DNA of 64,000 bases from contig OZ244744.1 of assembly GCA_965219455.1 (NCBI GenBank), positions 352,001-416,000 of the forward strand, given 5' to 3'. The first letter of the stretch is position 1; every line of letters begins with the position of its first letter. Below, piece by piece: positions 30,003-39,102 of the stretch. The notes beneath the pieces are model-generated. The model saw nothing but the letters and a program-made list of their open reading frames with translations. It was not told the DNA's origin and did not search any database. The position numbers were made by a program, and so were the translations under genes. The stretch comes from Candidatus Latescibacterota bacterium (GTDB lineage: Bacteria > Latescibacterota > UBA2968 > GCA-2709665).

Positions 30003-31292
30003 ATGTCTAAAACGGATCTGGCGATCGATGGCGGCTCTCCAACGGTGACCGAGCCTCAGGATGATGGTTGGCAAACCATAACGGGCCTGGAGAAACAATC
30101 CGTCCTGAGCGTTCTGGAAGGTGGTATGGGTGATTCCTATTCCCAGATTGACCGTTTCCAGGAGGAATTCCGTGCTTTCACCGGCACGAAATTCGCCATC
30201 GCCACCTGCAATGGCACGGCAGCCCTGCACTCGGCCGTCTTCGCTTCCGGCGCCCGAATCGGCAAAGAGGTGATCGTGCCCTCCGTCACGTGGCACGCCA
30301 GCATCACGCCCATTCTGCACTGCGGCGCAACACCCGTCTTCTGCGACGCGGACCCCCGAACATTCTGCGCCGATCCCAAAGACGCGGAAAGTCGAATCAC
30401 GGAGAAGACGTGCGCCATCATTGTTACCCACGTATACGGCAACCCCGCAAATATGGACGCATTTCGGGATCTCGTCGACGGAACCGGCATCACGCTCATC
30501 GAAGATGCATCGCACGCCCACGGCGCCCTCTGGGACGGCACTCCCGTAGGCTCTCTCGGCCACGTCGGCTGCTTCAGCCTTCAGGGTAGCAAGCCGGTCA
30601 CGGGGATCGAAGCAGGTGTGGTCGTGACCGACGATGGGGACCTTTACGACCGCATGCTTGCCCTGGGCCACTACGGAAGATGTGAAAAGGCGTTTGTAAC
30701 CGACAGATTCAGGGACCTCCGCAACATGGGCCTGGGCGTCAAATACCGGGCGAATCCCCTGGGTGTCGCCATGGCGCGCGCTCAGCTTGAACGGTTACCC
30801 GGATTGAACGAGAAAAGACGCGCCTGGTTTGGCCGGCTAAGCAGCCAACTGGAATCCGTCAGAGGCGTACACCCTCAAGAGACGTACCCGCAGGCGGTCC
30901 GGGGAGGCCTCCTTCTGTATACCGGCCTAATCGATCCTCATAAAATCGGCGCGCCGGTTTCTGTCATACTCAGGGCACTCGTTGCGGAAGGCGTTGGGAC
31001 CACCCCGGCCATCACACCCTTCGGTTACGGGGCGATGCACCTGGAACCGCTTTTCAACGATTTTTCTTTCGACGACCTCGGCGGCCCATGGGGCGACCTG
31101 CCTCAGGGTGCCAGGATCCCGTATCAACCTGGCGATCTGCCGGTCAGCGAACACATCCACGACTCATGCTTCTGGCTGTCCACACCGGTGGACCCCAGCC
31201 CGGCGTGGGTGGATCAGGTTGCCGCGGCCTTCGCGAAAGTGACAAATCACGGCGAGCGTCTCGCGGAAATCGCGGCGGTTGGGGCTGCCTGA
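30003..31292 (+). CDS. DegT/DnrJ/EryC1/StrS PLP-dependent aminotransferase
   Basis: 'CNGTAALH', 'IEDASHAHGA', 'FSLQGSK' (PLP Lys). Confidence 0.93.
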   Translation: MSKTDLAIDGGSPTVTEPQDDGWQTITGLEKQSVLSVLEGGMGDSYSQIDRFQEEFRAFTGTKFAIATCNGTAALHSAVFASGARIGKEVIVPSVTWHASITPILHCGATPVFCDADPRTFCADPKDAESRITEKTCAIIVTHVYGNPANMDAFRDLVDGTGITLIEDASHAHGALWDGTPVGSLGHVGCFSLQGSKPVTGIEAGVVVTDDGDLYDRMLALGHYGRCEKAFVTDRFRDLRNMGLGVKYRANPLGVAMARAQLERLPGLNEKRRAWFGRLSSQLESVRGVHPQETYPQAVRGGLLLYTGLIDPHKIGAPVSVILRALVAEGVGTTPAITPFGYGAMHLEPLFNDFSFDDLGGPWGDLPQGARIPYQPGDLPVSEHIHDSCFWLSTPVDPSPAWVDQVAAAFAKVTNHGERLAEIAAVGAA

Positions 31293-31518
31293 TCCAAACG
31301 CGTCCAGCCGGCAGTCCGCGGCGTCTACCGGTAACAGTGAGGTAGAAAAGAAGGCCTGCACTTCTGCCGGTACCGACGTGGCAAGCAAGTCCGAGTGTCC
31401 TTTCCCCGGAACCCATCCCCCAGCACCCTGCAATCGACCCCCCGCGCCAGGGGCGCCGTTTGACTCCGCGTAATTCTGCGATGGCGTTTTTTCAGATCCG
31501 ATTGGAGATCGACTATCC

Positions 31519-34500
31519 GTGAACACATCATGGACTCCCCCCGAAAATAAGGGTCACCGCGTTGTCGCATTTCCCGACCGGCCCAACATCTGGATTGGCG
31601 CCCTTTCATTTGACGAGATCCGCCGCCGACACGCCGCCGGAGACCAGAACATCTGCTCGTGGGCAGACGAGTCTCTCGCCATAGCCGAAAAATGGTCCGC
31701 CAGGCCCGATGCCTGGTACCTGGATAATATCTGGCATCGGGAGCCGCGCGGCATCTATACCTGCGCCTGTCCCATCCACCCTTTCCGGGTACGGTACTAC
31801 AGCTACTTCGACTGGTCCCTGGATGACCCGTGGCGGCTTCACTGTCCGTACTGCAAGGCAGACGGCCGTGAATACGCTTTTTATCCCAACCCCAGGTACC
31901 CGGATGACGGAGACGGTTGCTTTCCCACGGACGAAGTGTGGCGCGAGGACCACGACGAAGCCTGGAGCCAGGCGCACGACGGGATCCCCTGGGACCACTG
32001 GGACGGCGAGGCCCACGGCTATGTAGAACCCACCAATGCCTTTTATTTCAAAGCCCTCTGCTGGATGAATACCCTCCGCGACCTGGCCGGCAACGTGCTC
32101 CATCGCCTGGGCGAAGCCTTCCATGCTGCAGGATTAAAATCAGACCCCGAAACGGCAAGGCGGCATGCCCGCAAGGCCCGGGTCCTCCTCGTGACGCTTT
32201 CCAGAGCCTTCCTGGGCGACCCGTATCTTGCCGCAATCCTGAAAACATCCGAAACGAACCTGCAGGAGCGCCTCGCCAATTTTTACGAGACTGGCGCTCC
32301 GGACAAATCCTATCCCGGCTACCGCCTCTACGCCCCGTTCGATCATATTGAAGGCGACCCGAAACGCACGTTGAACGCCCCCGGAGACCGCTACGGTACC
32401 AAAGGCGCTTCCATCTACCCTGGCGTGTGGAACTGGAAAGCCAGCCTCGCCCAGGATCTCATGGTCGGTTACAGCCTGATTGCCGAATCCTTCGACGAAA
32501 CCGAGTCCGATCTGAAAACCGCCGCCCTGCGCATCGTCACGTCCGTCGAAGGCGATTCCCTGAAATTGCAGACCTCCGGCCAAAAACTCAAACGCGGCAT
32601 TCTGGAGTACACGCTGCACCCCTACGCGCTCGTCACCGGCGCTGACAACCTCTCCACCTCTACCCAGATGCCCAGGTTGCAACTCGGGCGCATTGTCGGC
32701 GACGACCGGATCATCGAAAACGTCGCCAGAGACATTGTCTACTTTCTGCATAATTTCTTTACCGGCGACGGTCTGGGCAAGGAAGGCTCTCCCTCCTACA
32801 CCAGTTGGGGAATTTCAAGCGTCATGGCCGCATGCCACGGCCAGCAGGGCGCATTCGACCGGACCGCCCCTTATTACGATGGGGGACGAAACGCAATCAA
32901 CCTGCTTGCCCTGCCCGTCTTCAAGCATGGCCTGGGTCAGTACCTTAAGACCGGGTTCCCCGACGGTCGCCCCATCACCTGGGAAGACTGTGTGATCCGG
33001 GCCGCCATGCCCCTGGAACAGCTCGCCCTGGCTGAAACCCTGGGCGGCGGCATCCCTGATGCCTATCGCGAGTATCTGAACATCGATCCGGAGGGCGATC
33101 CCGTCGTCTCCCTCAGACTCCCCATGCCCCTCCCCTCCCACCTGCTGGGCCAGAACCGCAAAGCCATCCTGCGCAGCGGCGAGGGAGACCGTACCCGAAC
33201 GCTCTCACTCGACTTCACGGAGCGTGTGGGTCACTACCACATGGCGCCCCTCAACCTTACGCTCTACGCCATCGGCCACGAACTGGCCACCGACCTCGGT
33301 TACATGGGCTCCACACATTTTATGACGGTGGATTGGATTAAAACCTTCCCCGCCCACAACACCGTCGCCATCCGCACCCGGGACGGCGACCCGATGGGTA
33401 CGGACAACCTCCGTGGAGACCTTCGGTTTTTTGTGGATCTGCCCGGCTTCAAAGCCATCGATGCCGCGGAGGAGGACGCAGACGAACTCGGCAAAGTACC
33501 CGGCACCGACCGCTACCAGCGCACCGTCGCCCTCATTGACAGCGACCCCGAAGATGCCTACGTTATTGACGTCTTCCGGGTCAACGGCGGCAACATGCAC
33601 GACTGGACCTTCCACGGCAATGGTCATCGTTTTTCGACCGAAGACATCGACCTCACAGGCCGGCCGGACCCTGCGGAATCTCTCTACGACTACAGCGGCT
33701 TCACTTTCACGCCGGCTCGCCGCACCCCCCGGGCCGGCGCCAGGTGGGGCACCCAGCGCGTTACGCATCTCAGCGCTGGCCATAGCCACGGACCGTGGAC
33801 GGCAACCTGGGGCGACGTTACCGAATACCCGAACGCGGACGGCTCACCGGAAACCGACCCGGACGCCTTCCTCAAATTACACATGCTCGACATGCCCGGA
33901 TCCGAGATCATCGTGGGCAACGGCCCCGCCCAGCGCTGGCTGGACAACCGCGACCTGGGTGAGGAGATGAAAATCATCACCGTCCGCCGCCAAAACCATC
34001 ATCTCCTGAACACCTTTCTGGCCGTCCACGAACCCTACCGGAATGCCCCGTTCATCAGACAAGTCAGCCGTTTATCCTGCGAAAATCAGGAAGCCGCAGG
34101 TGTACAGGTGACCCACAACCGGGGTATGGATCTGATCCTTAGCAACACGTCCGGCGCCCCGTGTAAAATCTCCCATAACGGCCTGGCGCTGCACAGTGAC
34201 GGCGAAATCGCCTTCGCGTCATTTGATGCACACGGCCTCCGCGCTCTTGCTCTTGTCGGCGGAACGGCCGCCGAAGCCGACGGCCATAAGATCGAACCCT
34301 TCCCCACCCTCGAAGGTCTACTCACCGGATTTGACGACGTTGAAAAATCCCTGACGATCCAGCCTGAGGCCGATATTGCGGACCCCGACGCACTTTTCAG
34401 AAAGACCATCACCATCCGCCACCGCGAACGTGCCTCCGCCTACACCATCCTGTCCGCCGAACGGAATCCTGACGGAGCGTGTACCCTGCATCTGGACGGC

Positions 34501-34830
34501 TTTCCCCACCTGGCCGTCGGCTATCTGCTTGTCACCGCCGTCGAGAGTGACCGCGCCTGGGTGGAGCCGCCCCCGGTTATCCAGGGCAAAGAAAACAACC
34601 TCAACATCTTCAAAGCAGGACCGGATCGAAGCCTTACCTTCCTGCAACCTCTGGACAACCTCGTCTCGGAGGACATCCTGGACGAACGGGGTACCCGCAT
34701 CCGCACCCGACACGCCCTGCTTCTGGACGATGCCGAACACCTGTCCGCCGGGAACGAGATCGCCTTTTCAGCGCTGCACCCGGGCGTGGATCGATTCCGG
34801 ATCCTCGGTTCGGGTCACTGGCAACGGTGA
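31519..34830 (+). CDS. Large heparinase II/III-like (polysaccharide lyase-like) protein
   Basis: 'GHYHMAPLNLTLYAIG.EL..DLGY' and 'HNTV' match the Hepar_II_III pattern; 'EGSPSY'; 'YVIDVFRV.GG..HDW.FHG'. Confidence 0.72.
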   Translation: MNTSWTPPENKGHRVVAFPDRPNIWIGALSFDEIRRRHAAGDQNICSWADESLAIAEKWSARPDAWYLDNIWHREPRGIYTCACPIHPFRVRYYSYFDWSLDDPWRLHCPYCKADGREYAFYPNPRYPDDGDGCFPTDEVWREDHDEAWSQAHDGIPWDHWDGEAHGYVEPTNAFYFKALCWMNTLRDLAGNVLHRLGEAFHAAGLKSDPETARRHARKARVLLVTLSRAFLGDPYLAAILKTSETNLQERLANFYETGAPDKSYPGYRLYAPFDHIEGDPKRTLNAPGDRYGTKGASIYPGVWNWKASLAQDLMVGYSLIAESFDETESDLKTAALRIVTSVEGDSLKLQTSGQKLKRGILEYTLHPYALVTGADNLSTSTQMPRLQLGRIVGDDRIIENVARDIVYFLHNFFTGDGLGKEGSPSYTSWGISSVMAACHGQQGAFDRTAPYYDGGRNAINLLALPVFKHGLGQYLKTGFPDGRPITWEDCVIRAAMPLEQLALAETLGGGIPDAYREYLNIDPEGDPVVSLRLPMPLPSHLLGQNRKAILRSGEGDRTRTLSLDFTERVGHYHMAPLNLTLYAIGHELATDLGYMGSTHFMTVDWIKTFPAHNTVAIRTRDGDPMGTDNLRGDLRFFVDLPGFKAIDAAEEDADELGKVPGTDRYQRTVALIDSDPEDAYVIDVFRVNGGNMHDWTFHGNGHRFSTEDIDLTGRPDPAESLYDYSGFTFTPARRTPRAGARWGTQRVTHLSAGHSHGPWTATWGDVTEYPNADGSPETDPDAFLKLHMLDMPGSEIIVGNGPAQRWLDNRDLGEEMKIITVRRQNHHLLNTFLAVHEPYRNAPFIRQVSRLSCENQEAAGVQVTHNRGMDLILSNTSGAPCKISHNGLALHSDGEIAFASFDAHGLRALALVGGTAAEADGHKIEPFPTLEGLLTGFDDVEKSLTIQPEADIADPDALFRKTITIRHRERASAYTILSAERNPDGACTLHLDGFPHLAVGYLLVTAVESDRAWVEPPPVIQGKENNLNIFKAGPDRSLTFLQPLDNLVSEDILDERGTRIRTRHALLLDDAEHLSAGNEIAFSALHPGVDRFRILGSGHWQR

Positions 34831-35008
34831 CCCTCCGCCCATGAGGGGCGGGCAGGAAGCGGGCAAGAGATCCGGCATATGTAAAACCAGGTCTTACGGT
34901 GCGAATTTGAGGATTAATTTCCAGATTCACTGACGTACCACAACGGATAACACACCTCTAATTGTTCCCCTCGCTTCCCACTCGGGAAGGGGGTCAGGGA
35001 GATAAGGC

Positions 35009-36763
35009 ATGTCCGACCAATCGTCCCGCCTCACGATCGACCCCATCACCTTCGAAGTGATGAAGAACGCACTGCTCAACGCCACCGAAGAGATGGCGTA
35101 TACCATACGCCGCACCGCGTACTCCACCAATATCAAGACCCGTGCCGATTTCTCATGCGCCTTCTTCGACGCGGCATTCCGGGTGGTCGCACAATCCTTC
35201 TCCCAGCCGCCGCACCTCTCTTCCATGAAGAACGCGATCCCGAACGCCCTCCGGGAATACGGCGCCGAGAATCTCGCGCCCGGCGACGGCCTCATCCTGA
35301 ACGATCCTCATCGCGGAAGCAGCCACCTCAACGACATCGCGCTGATCGCGCCGGTCTTTGCAGGAGAGACCCGGCTTGGGTACCTCGCCAACATGGCCCA
35401 CCACGTCGACGTGGGGGGCAGCACGCCGAGCAGCCTGGGAGTAAACCGCGAAATCTACCAGGAAGGTATCATCATACCGCCCACGAAAATCATGCGGCGG
35501 GGGGAAATCGACAACGACGTTCTGGGCCTCATTCTGGAGAACGTGCGGGCGCCTCACGAGACCGGAGGCGACCTCCGCGCCCAGATGGGAGCGAACCTCG
35601 TGGGGGCAAGGCGCATCGCGGAACTGATCGACCGCTACGAAATCGCCCAGGTCGAAGCCTTCTTCGACGAACTGCTCGATTACACGGAGCGATGGGCGCG
35701 GCGCGAGATCGCCGCACTGCCGGCCGGTGTGTATAAGGCCGAAGGGTTTCGCGACAACAACGGATTCGACGACGAACCGGTCAAAATCGCCGTTACCGTC
35801 CACATCGGCGACGGAAGCGCCAAACTGGACGTCACCGGGTCCGCGGCGCAGCAGACCGGCCCGTTGAACGCCACCCGCTCCAATACCCTGGCCGCCATTT
35901 CGGTGGTCATCAAGAGCCTGATCGATCCGCGGATCCTGGTCAACGACGGCCTCTACCGATGCCTGGAAGTCATCGGACCGGACAATACCGTGCTCACCGC
36001 AACGTGGCCCGCCGCCGTCGTTGGCGCATGGGAACTGGCGCAACTCACGGCGGAACTTACCCTCACCGCCCTGCACAACGTGTTGCCGGACAGGATTCCC
36101 GCCTGCGGCAAAGGCATTATCTGCAACCTGGGTTTTGCCGGCAACGACCCGCGAAAAAAAGCGTTTTACTGCTACATGGAGACCGTTGGCGGCGGCAATG
36201 GCGCCCGCCCTGCCAAAGATGGCCCCGACGCCATCCAGACGACCATCCACAACACCGAAAACGCGCCGATCGAAGAGGTGGAAATCAACTATCCCATCCG
36301 ATTCGCCCACTACGGCCTCATCACGAACAGCGGCGGCTCCGGCCGGTTTCGCGGCGGCCTCGGGATCAGGAGGGACTTTGAATTTCCCGACTGCGATACC
36401 ACCTTCACCGTCCTCTCGGATGGCACGCGGTTTCCTCCATGGGGGCTCGAGGGTGGTGGCAACGGGCGCCCCGCCCGGTTCGTTCTGGAACCGGAAAGCA
36501 AGGCTGAAAGACTGCCCTCAAAAGTAAGTATCACGGTGCCCAAAGGCGGCCGCGTGAGCGTGCAGACGCCGGGCGGCGGGGGCCACGGCCACCCGCACGA
36601 ACGCGATCCGGATGCCGTCGTGCGGGACGTCCGGGACCGGAAAATAACGCCTCCAGCCGCCCGCGAAACCTACGGTGTCGTCTACAATGCCAGGACCTGG
36701 ACCGTCGACATCGAAGCGACGCAGGGTCTGCGTCGGCGCCTCGAACGGAGTGCGAATTCATGA
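35009..36763 (+). CDS. hyuB: Hydantoinase B / 5-oxoprolinase family subunit
   Basis: 'DFSCAFF', 'NDPHRGSSHLND', 'HHVDVGG', 'TPGGGGHG'. Confidence 0.9.
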   Translation: MSDQSSRLTIDPITFEVMKNALLNATEEMAYTIRRTAYSTNIKTRADFSCAFFDAAFRVVAQSFSQPPHLSSMKNAIPNALREYGAENLAPGDGLILNDPHRGSSHLNDIALIAPVFAGETRLGYLANMAHHVDVGGSTPSSLGVNREIYQEGIIIPPTKIMRRGEIDNDVLGLILENVRAPHETGGDLRAQMGANLVGARRIAELIDRYEIAQVEAFFDELLDYTERWARREIAALPAGVYKAEGFRDNNGFDDEPVKIAVTVHIGDGSAKLDVTGSAAQQTGPLNATRSNTLAAISVVIKSLIDPRILVNDGLYRCLEVIGPDNTVLTATWPAAVVGAWELAQLTAELTLTALHNVLPDRIPACGKGIICNLGFAGNDPRKKAFYCYMETVGGGNGARPAKDGPDAIQTTIHNTENAPIEEVEINYPIRFAHYGLITNSGGSGRFRGGLGIRRDFEFPDCDTTFTVLSDGTRFPPWGLEGGGNGRPARFVLEPESKAERLPSKVSITVPKGGRVSVQTPGGGGHGHPHERDPDAVVRDVRDRKITPPAARETYGVVYNARTWTVDIEATQGLRRRLERSANS

Positions 36764-38865
36764 GTGATTCATACCGCATCGGAATCGACATCGGCGGCAC
36801 GTTCACCGATGCCGTGGTGATGGACGAGAAATCCGGCGACTTCCATCCCGTCAAGGTCTCCTCCACTCCGGACGATCCTTCACGGGCTTTCATGGAGGCG
36901 TATACGCGGGGCCTCGCCAACCAGGATCTCACGGCCGAACAGGTGCGTTTTGTGGTACACGGCACCACCGTGGCAACCAACACGATCATTCAACAAAAAG
37001 GCGCGCGGATAGGCCTCATCGCCTCGGAAGGCTTCAGCGACGTTTTCGAGATCGCCTGGCAGATCCGCCCGAACCTCTACGACCTCGATTACGACAAACC
37101 CCCTCCGCTCGTGCCGCGGCACCTCTGCATGGGCGTCCCCGAACGCATCGACGCCCATGGCGGGCTGCTTGTCCCTATGGACGAAGGCGCCGTGTACCGT
37201 GCCGCCCGTAAACTGGCGAAAGATCGCGTAGAAGCGATTCTCGTCTGCTTTCTTCACGCCTATAGAGACCCGACCCACGAGCGCCGCGCCGCTGAAATCA
37301 TCCAGGAAGCCTGCCCCGGTCTACCCGTCTGTATCTCCTCCGACATCTGTCCCGAGTACCGCGAATATACCCGCGCCAGCACGACCGCCGTCAACGCCGC
37401 CCTGCTTCCCGCCGTGGGCGCCTACGTGGAGCGGCTGGAGGATCGGCTCGGGAATGTGAACGCGGGCTCCGGCCTGTTCCTGATGACCTCCGGCGGCGGG
37501 ATCATTGCCTCCGGCACCGCCAGACAGCAGCCCGTACAACTCATCGAATCCGGGCCGGCAGCGGGCGTGATCGCCGCTTCGTACATCGGCCAGCTCGCCG
37601 GTTTCGAAAACCTTATTGCTCTGGACATCGGCGGCACGACCGCGAAGGCCGCCCTCATCGAAGACGGCCGGCCGCGCCTGGCCGCCGAATTCGAGGTTGG
37701 CGACGCCGCCGTCGCAACCACCACCAGGGACAAGGGCCAGGGATATCCGGTAAAAACACCGGTCATCGATCTGGTTGAAATCGGATCCGGCGGCGGCAGC
37801 ATCGGCCACGTCGATCCAGGCGGGGCGCTTGCCGTCGGCCCGCAATCCGCGGGCGCGGCGCCGGGACCCGCCTGTTACGGGAGAGGGGGTTCCGAACCCA
37901 CGCTCACGGACGCAAACCTTGTTCTCGACCGGCTCAATCCCCACTATTTTCTGGGCGGAGAACTCTGCCTTCACAAGTCTCTCGCGAAAGAGTCGATCGA
38001 GAGTCGCATCGCCGGGCCCATGAATATGGACGTCGAAGAAGCGGCCGCCGGCCTGATTGAAATCGCCAACGCCAACATGACCGGCATCCTTCAACTCGTT
38101 TCGGTACAGAAAGGCGTGGACCCACGCGCGTTCGTACTGGTCGCTTTCGGCGGCGCCGGCCCCCTCCACGCCGCCGCGCTCGCAATGGCGCTGCATATCC
38201 GCACTGTACTCGTACCGCCCAGCCCGGGCGTTACCACCGCGCTCGGTCTGCTCGTTACCGACCTGCGTCACGACTACGTTCGTACCTACATTTCAAAAAC
38301 GGACGACCTGGACCTGCCCGGCCTTTCGGGCATCTACGGCGAATTCGAAGAAAATGCGACCCGCCTGCTTTTGAGCGAGGGCGTCTCCCGCTCCAATATC
38401 CGCTTCGTCCGGGAGGCGGACATGCGGTATACGGGCCAATCCTACGAACTTCGAGTACCCGTGAGCCGGTTGTCAAAGGATCTTCCCGAGAAACTAGACG
38501 CCGCTTTCTTCGCCGCACACCGGCGCCAGTACGGTTTCGCAACCCGGGATGAGCCCACGGAAATCGTCAATGTACGCCTCTCCGCCGTGGGAGCCGTTCC
38601 CCGCCCCAGCCGGCGGCAGGCTCCCAAAGGCAGACCATCCGCGCACGCCGCACTGAAGGCCGAACGCGACGTCCAAATGCCCGGGTCGGCCGGCCGGGCG
38701 ACAACGGCGATTTATGACCGGTATCGCCTGAAGGCGGACAACCGCTTCACGGGCCCCGCCATTGTTGAGGAAATCGACTCCACAACGTTTATTCCCCCAG
38801 GGTGTACGGTAAACGTAGACGACTACGGCAATCTCGTTATCGACACCGGCCCAGGGCCGCCGTAA
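36760..38865 (+). CDS. hyuA: Hydantoinase A / 5-oxoprolinase family ATP-dependent subunit
   Basis: 'GIDIGGTFTD', 'HGTTVATN', 'ESGPAAG', 'DIGGTTAK', 'FGGAGPLH'; ATGA overlap with subunit B. Confidence 0.92.
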   Translation: MSDSYRIGIDIGGTFTDAVVMDEKSGDFHPVKVSSTPDDPSRAFMEAYTRGLANQDLTAEQVRFVVHGTTVATNTIIQQKGARIGLIASEGFSDVFEIAWQIRPNLYDLDYDKPPPLVPRHLCMGVPERIDAHGGLLVPMDEGAVYRAARKLAKDRVEAILVCFLHAYRDPTHERRAAEIIQEACPGLPVCISSDICPEYREYTRASTTAVNAALLPAVGAYVERLEDRLGNVNAGSGLFLMTSGGGIIASGTARQQPVQLIESGPAAGVIAASYIGQLAGFENLIALDIGGTTAKAALIEDGRPRLAAEFEVGDAAVATTTRDKGQGYPVKTPVIDLVEIGSGGGSIGHVDPGGALAVGPQSAGAAPGPACYGRGGSEPTLTDANLVLDRLNPHYFLGGELCLHKSLAKESIESRIAGPMNMDVEEAAAGLIEIANANMTGILQLVSVQKGVDPRAFVLVAFGGAGPLHAAALAMALHIRTVLVPPSPGVTTALGLLVTDLRHDYVRTYISKTDDLDLPGLSGIYGEFEENATRLLLSEGVSRSNIRFVREADMRYTGQSYELRVPVSRLSKDLPEKLDAAFFAAHRRQYGFATRDEPTEIVNVRLSAVGAVPRPSRRQAPKGRPSAHAALKAERDVQMPGSAGRATTAIYDRYRLKADNRFTGPAIVEEIDSTTFIPPGCTVNVDDYGNLVIDTGPGPP

Positions 38866-39000
38866 TGGACCTGCAACTGGCAACAACGGGCATTACATGG
38901 CAACTCGTGGCCTTCTGCGGCCTTTCCCTATCGGTGGGATGGGGCATCCGGGGCAGACGAATACGGCGCAGCCATACCGGGCGCACTGGCCGCAACCGCC
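38865..39000 (+). pseudogene. Frameshifted 5' remnant of a membrane protein gene
   Basis: The ATG overlaps the hyuA stop (TAATG). MDLQLATTGITWQLVAFCGLSLSVGWGIRG continues in another frame as EYGAAIPGALAATA, resembling the 'GWGIRG.FGHEYGA..PGAL' N-terminus of a hypothetical membrane family (recalled, not searched). Confidence 0.55.
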
Positions 39001-39102
39001 ACTTCGAGAACAATCCCCGCCGGGCATCCCGGCCCCGTGGCCCCAATCCCTCCCCGACATTTTACCCTCCCCCGTACCCCTTTGCAACAAGGAGCCACAA
39101 CA

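Noticed and set aside
34965-35005. C-rich/G-rich palindromic stretch before hyuB as a REP-like repeat
   Set aside because: It is a single degenerate instance with no clear second copy in the window.
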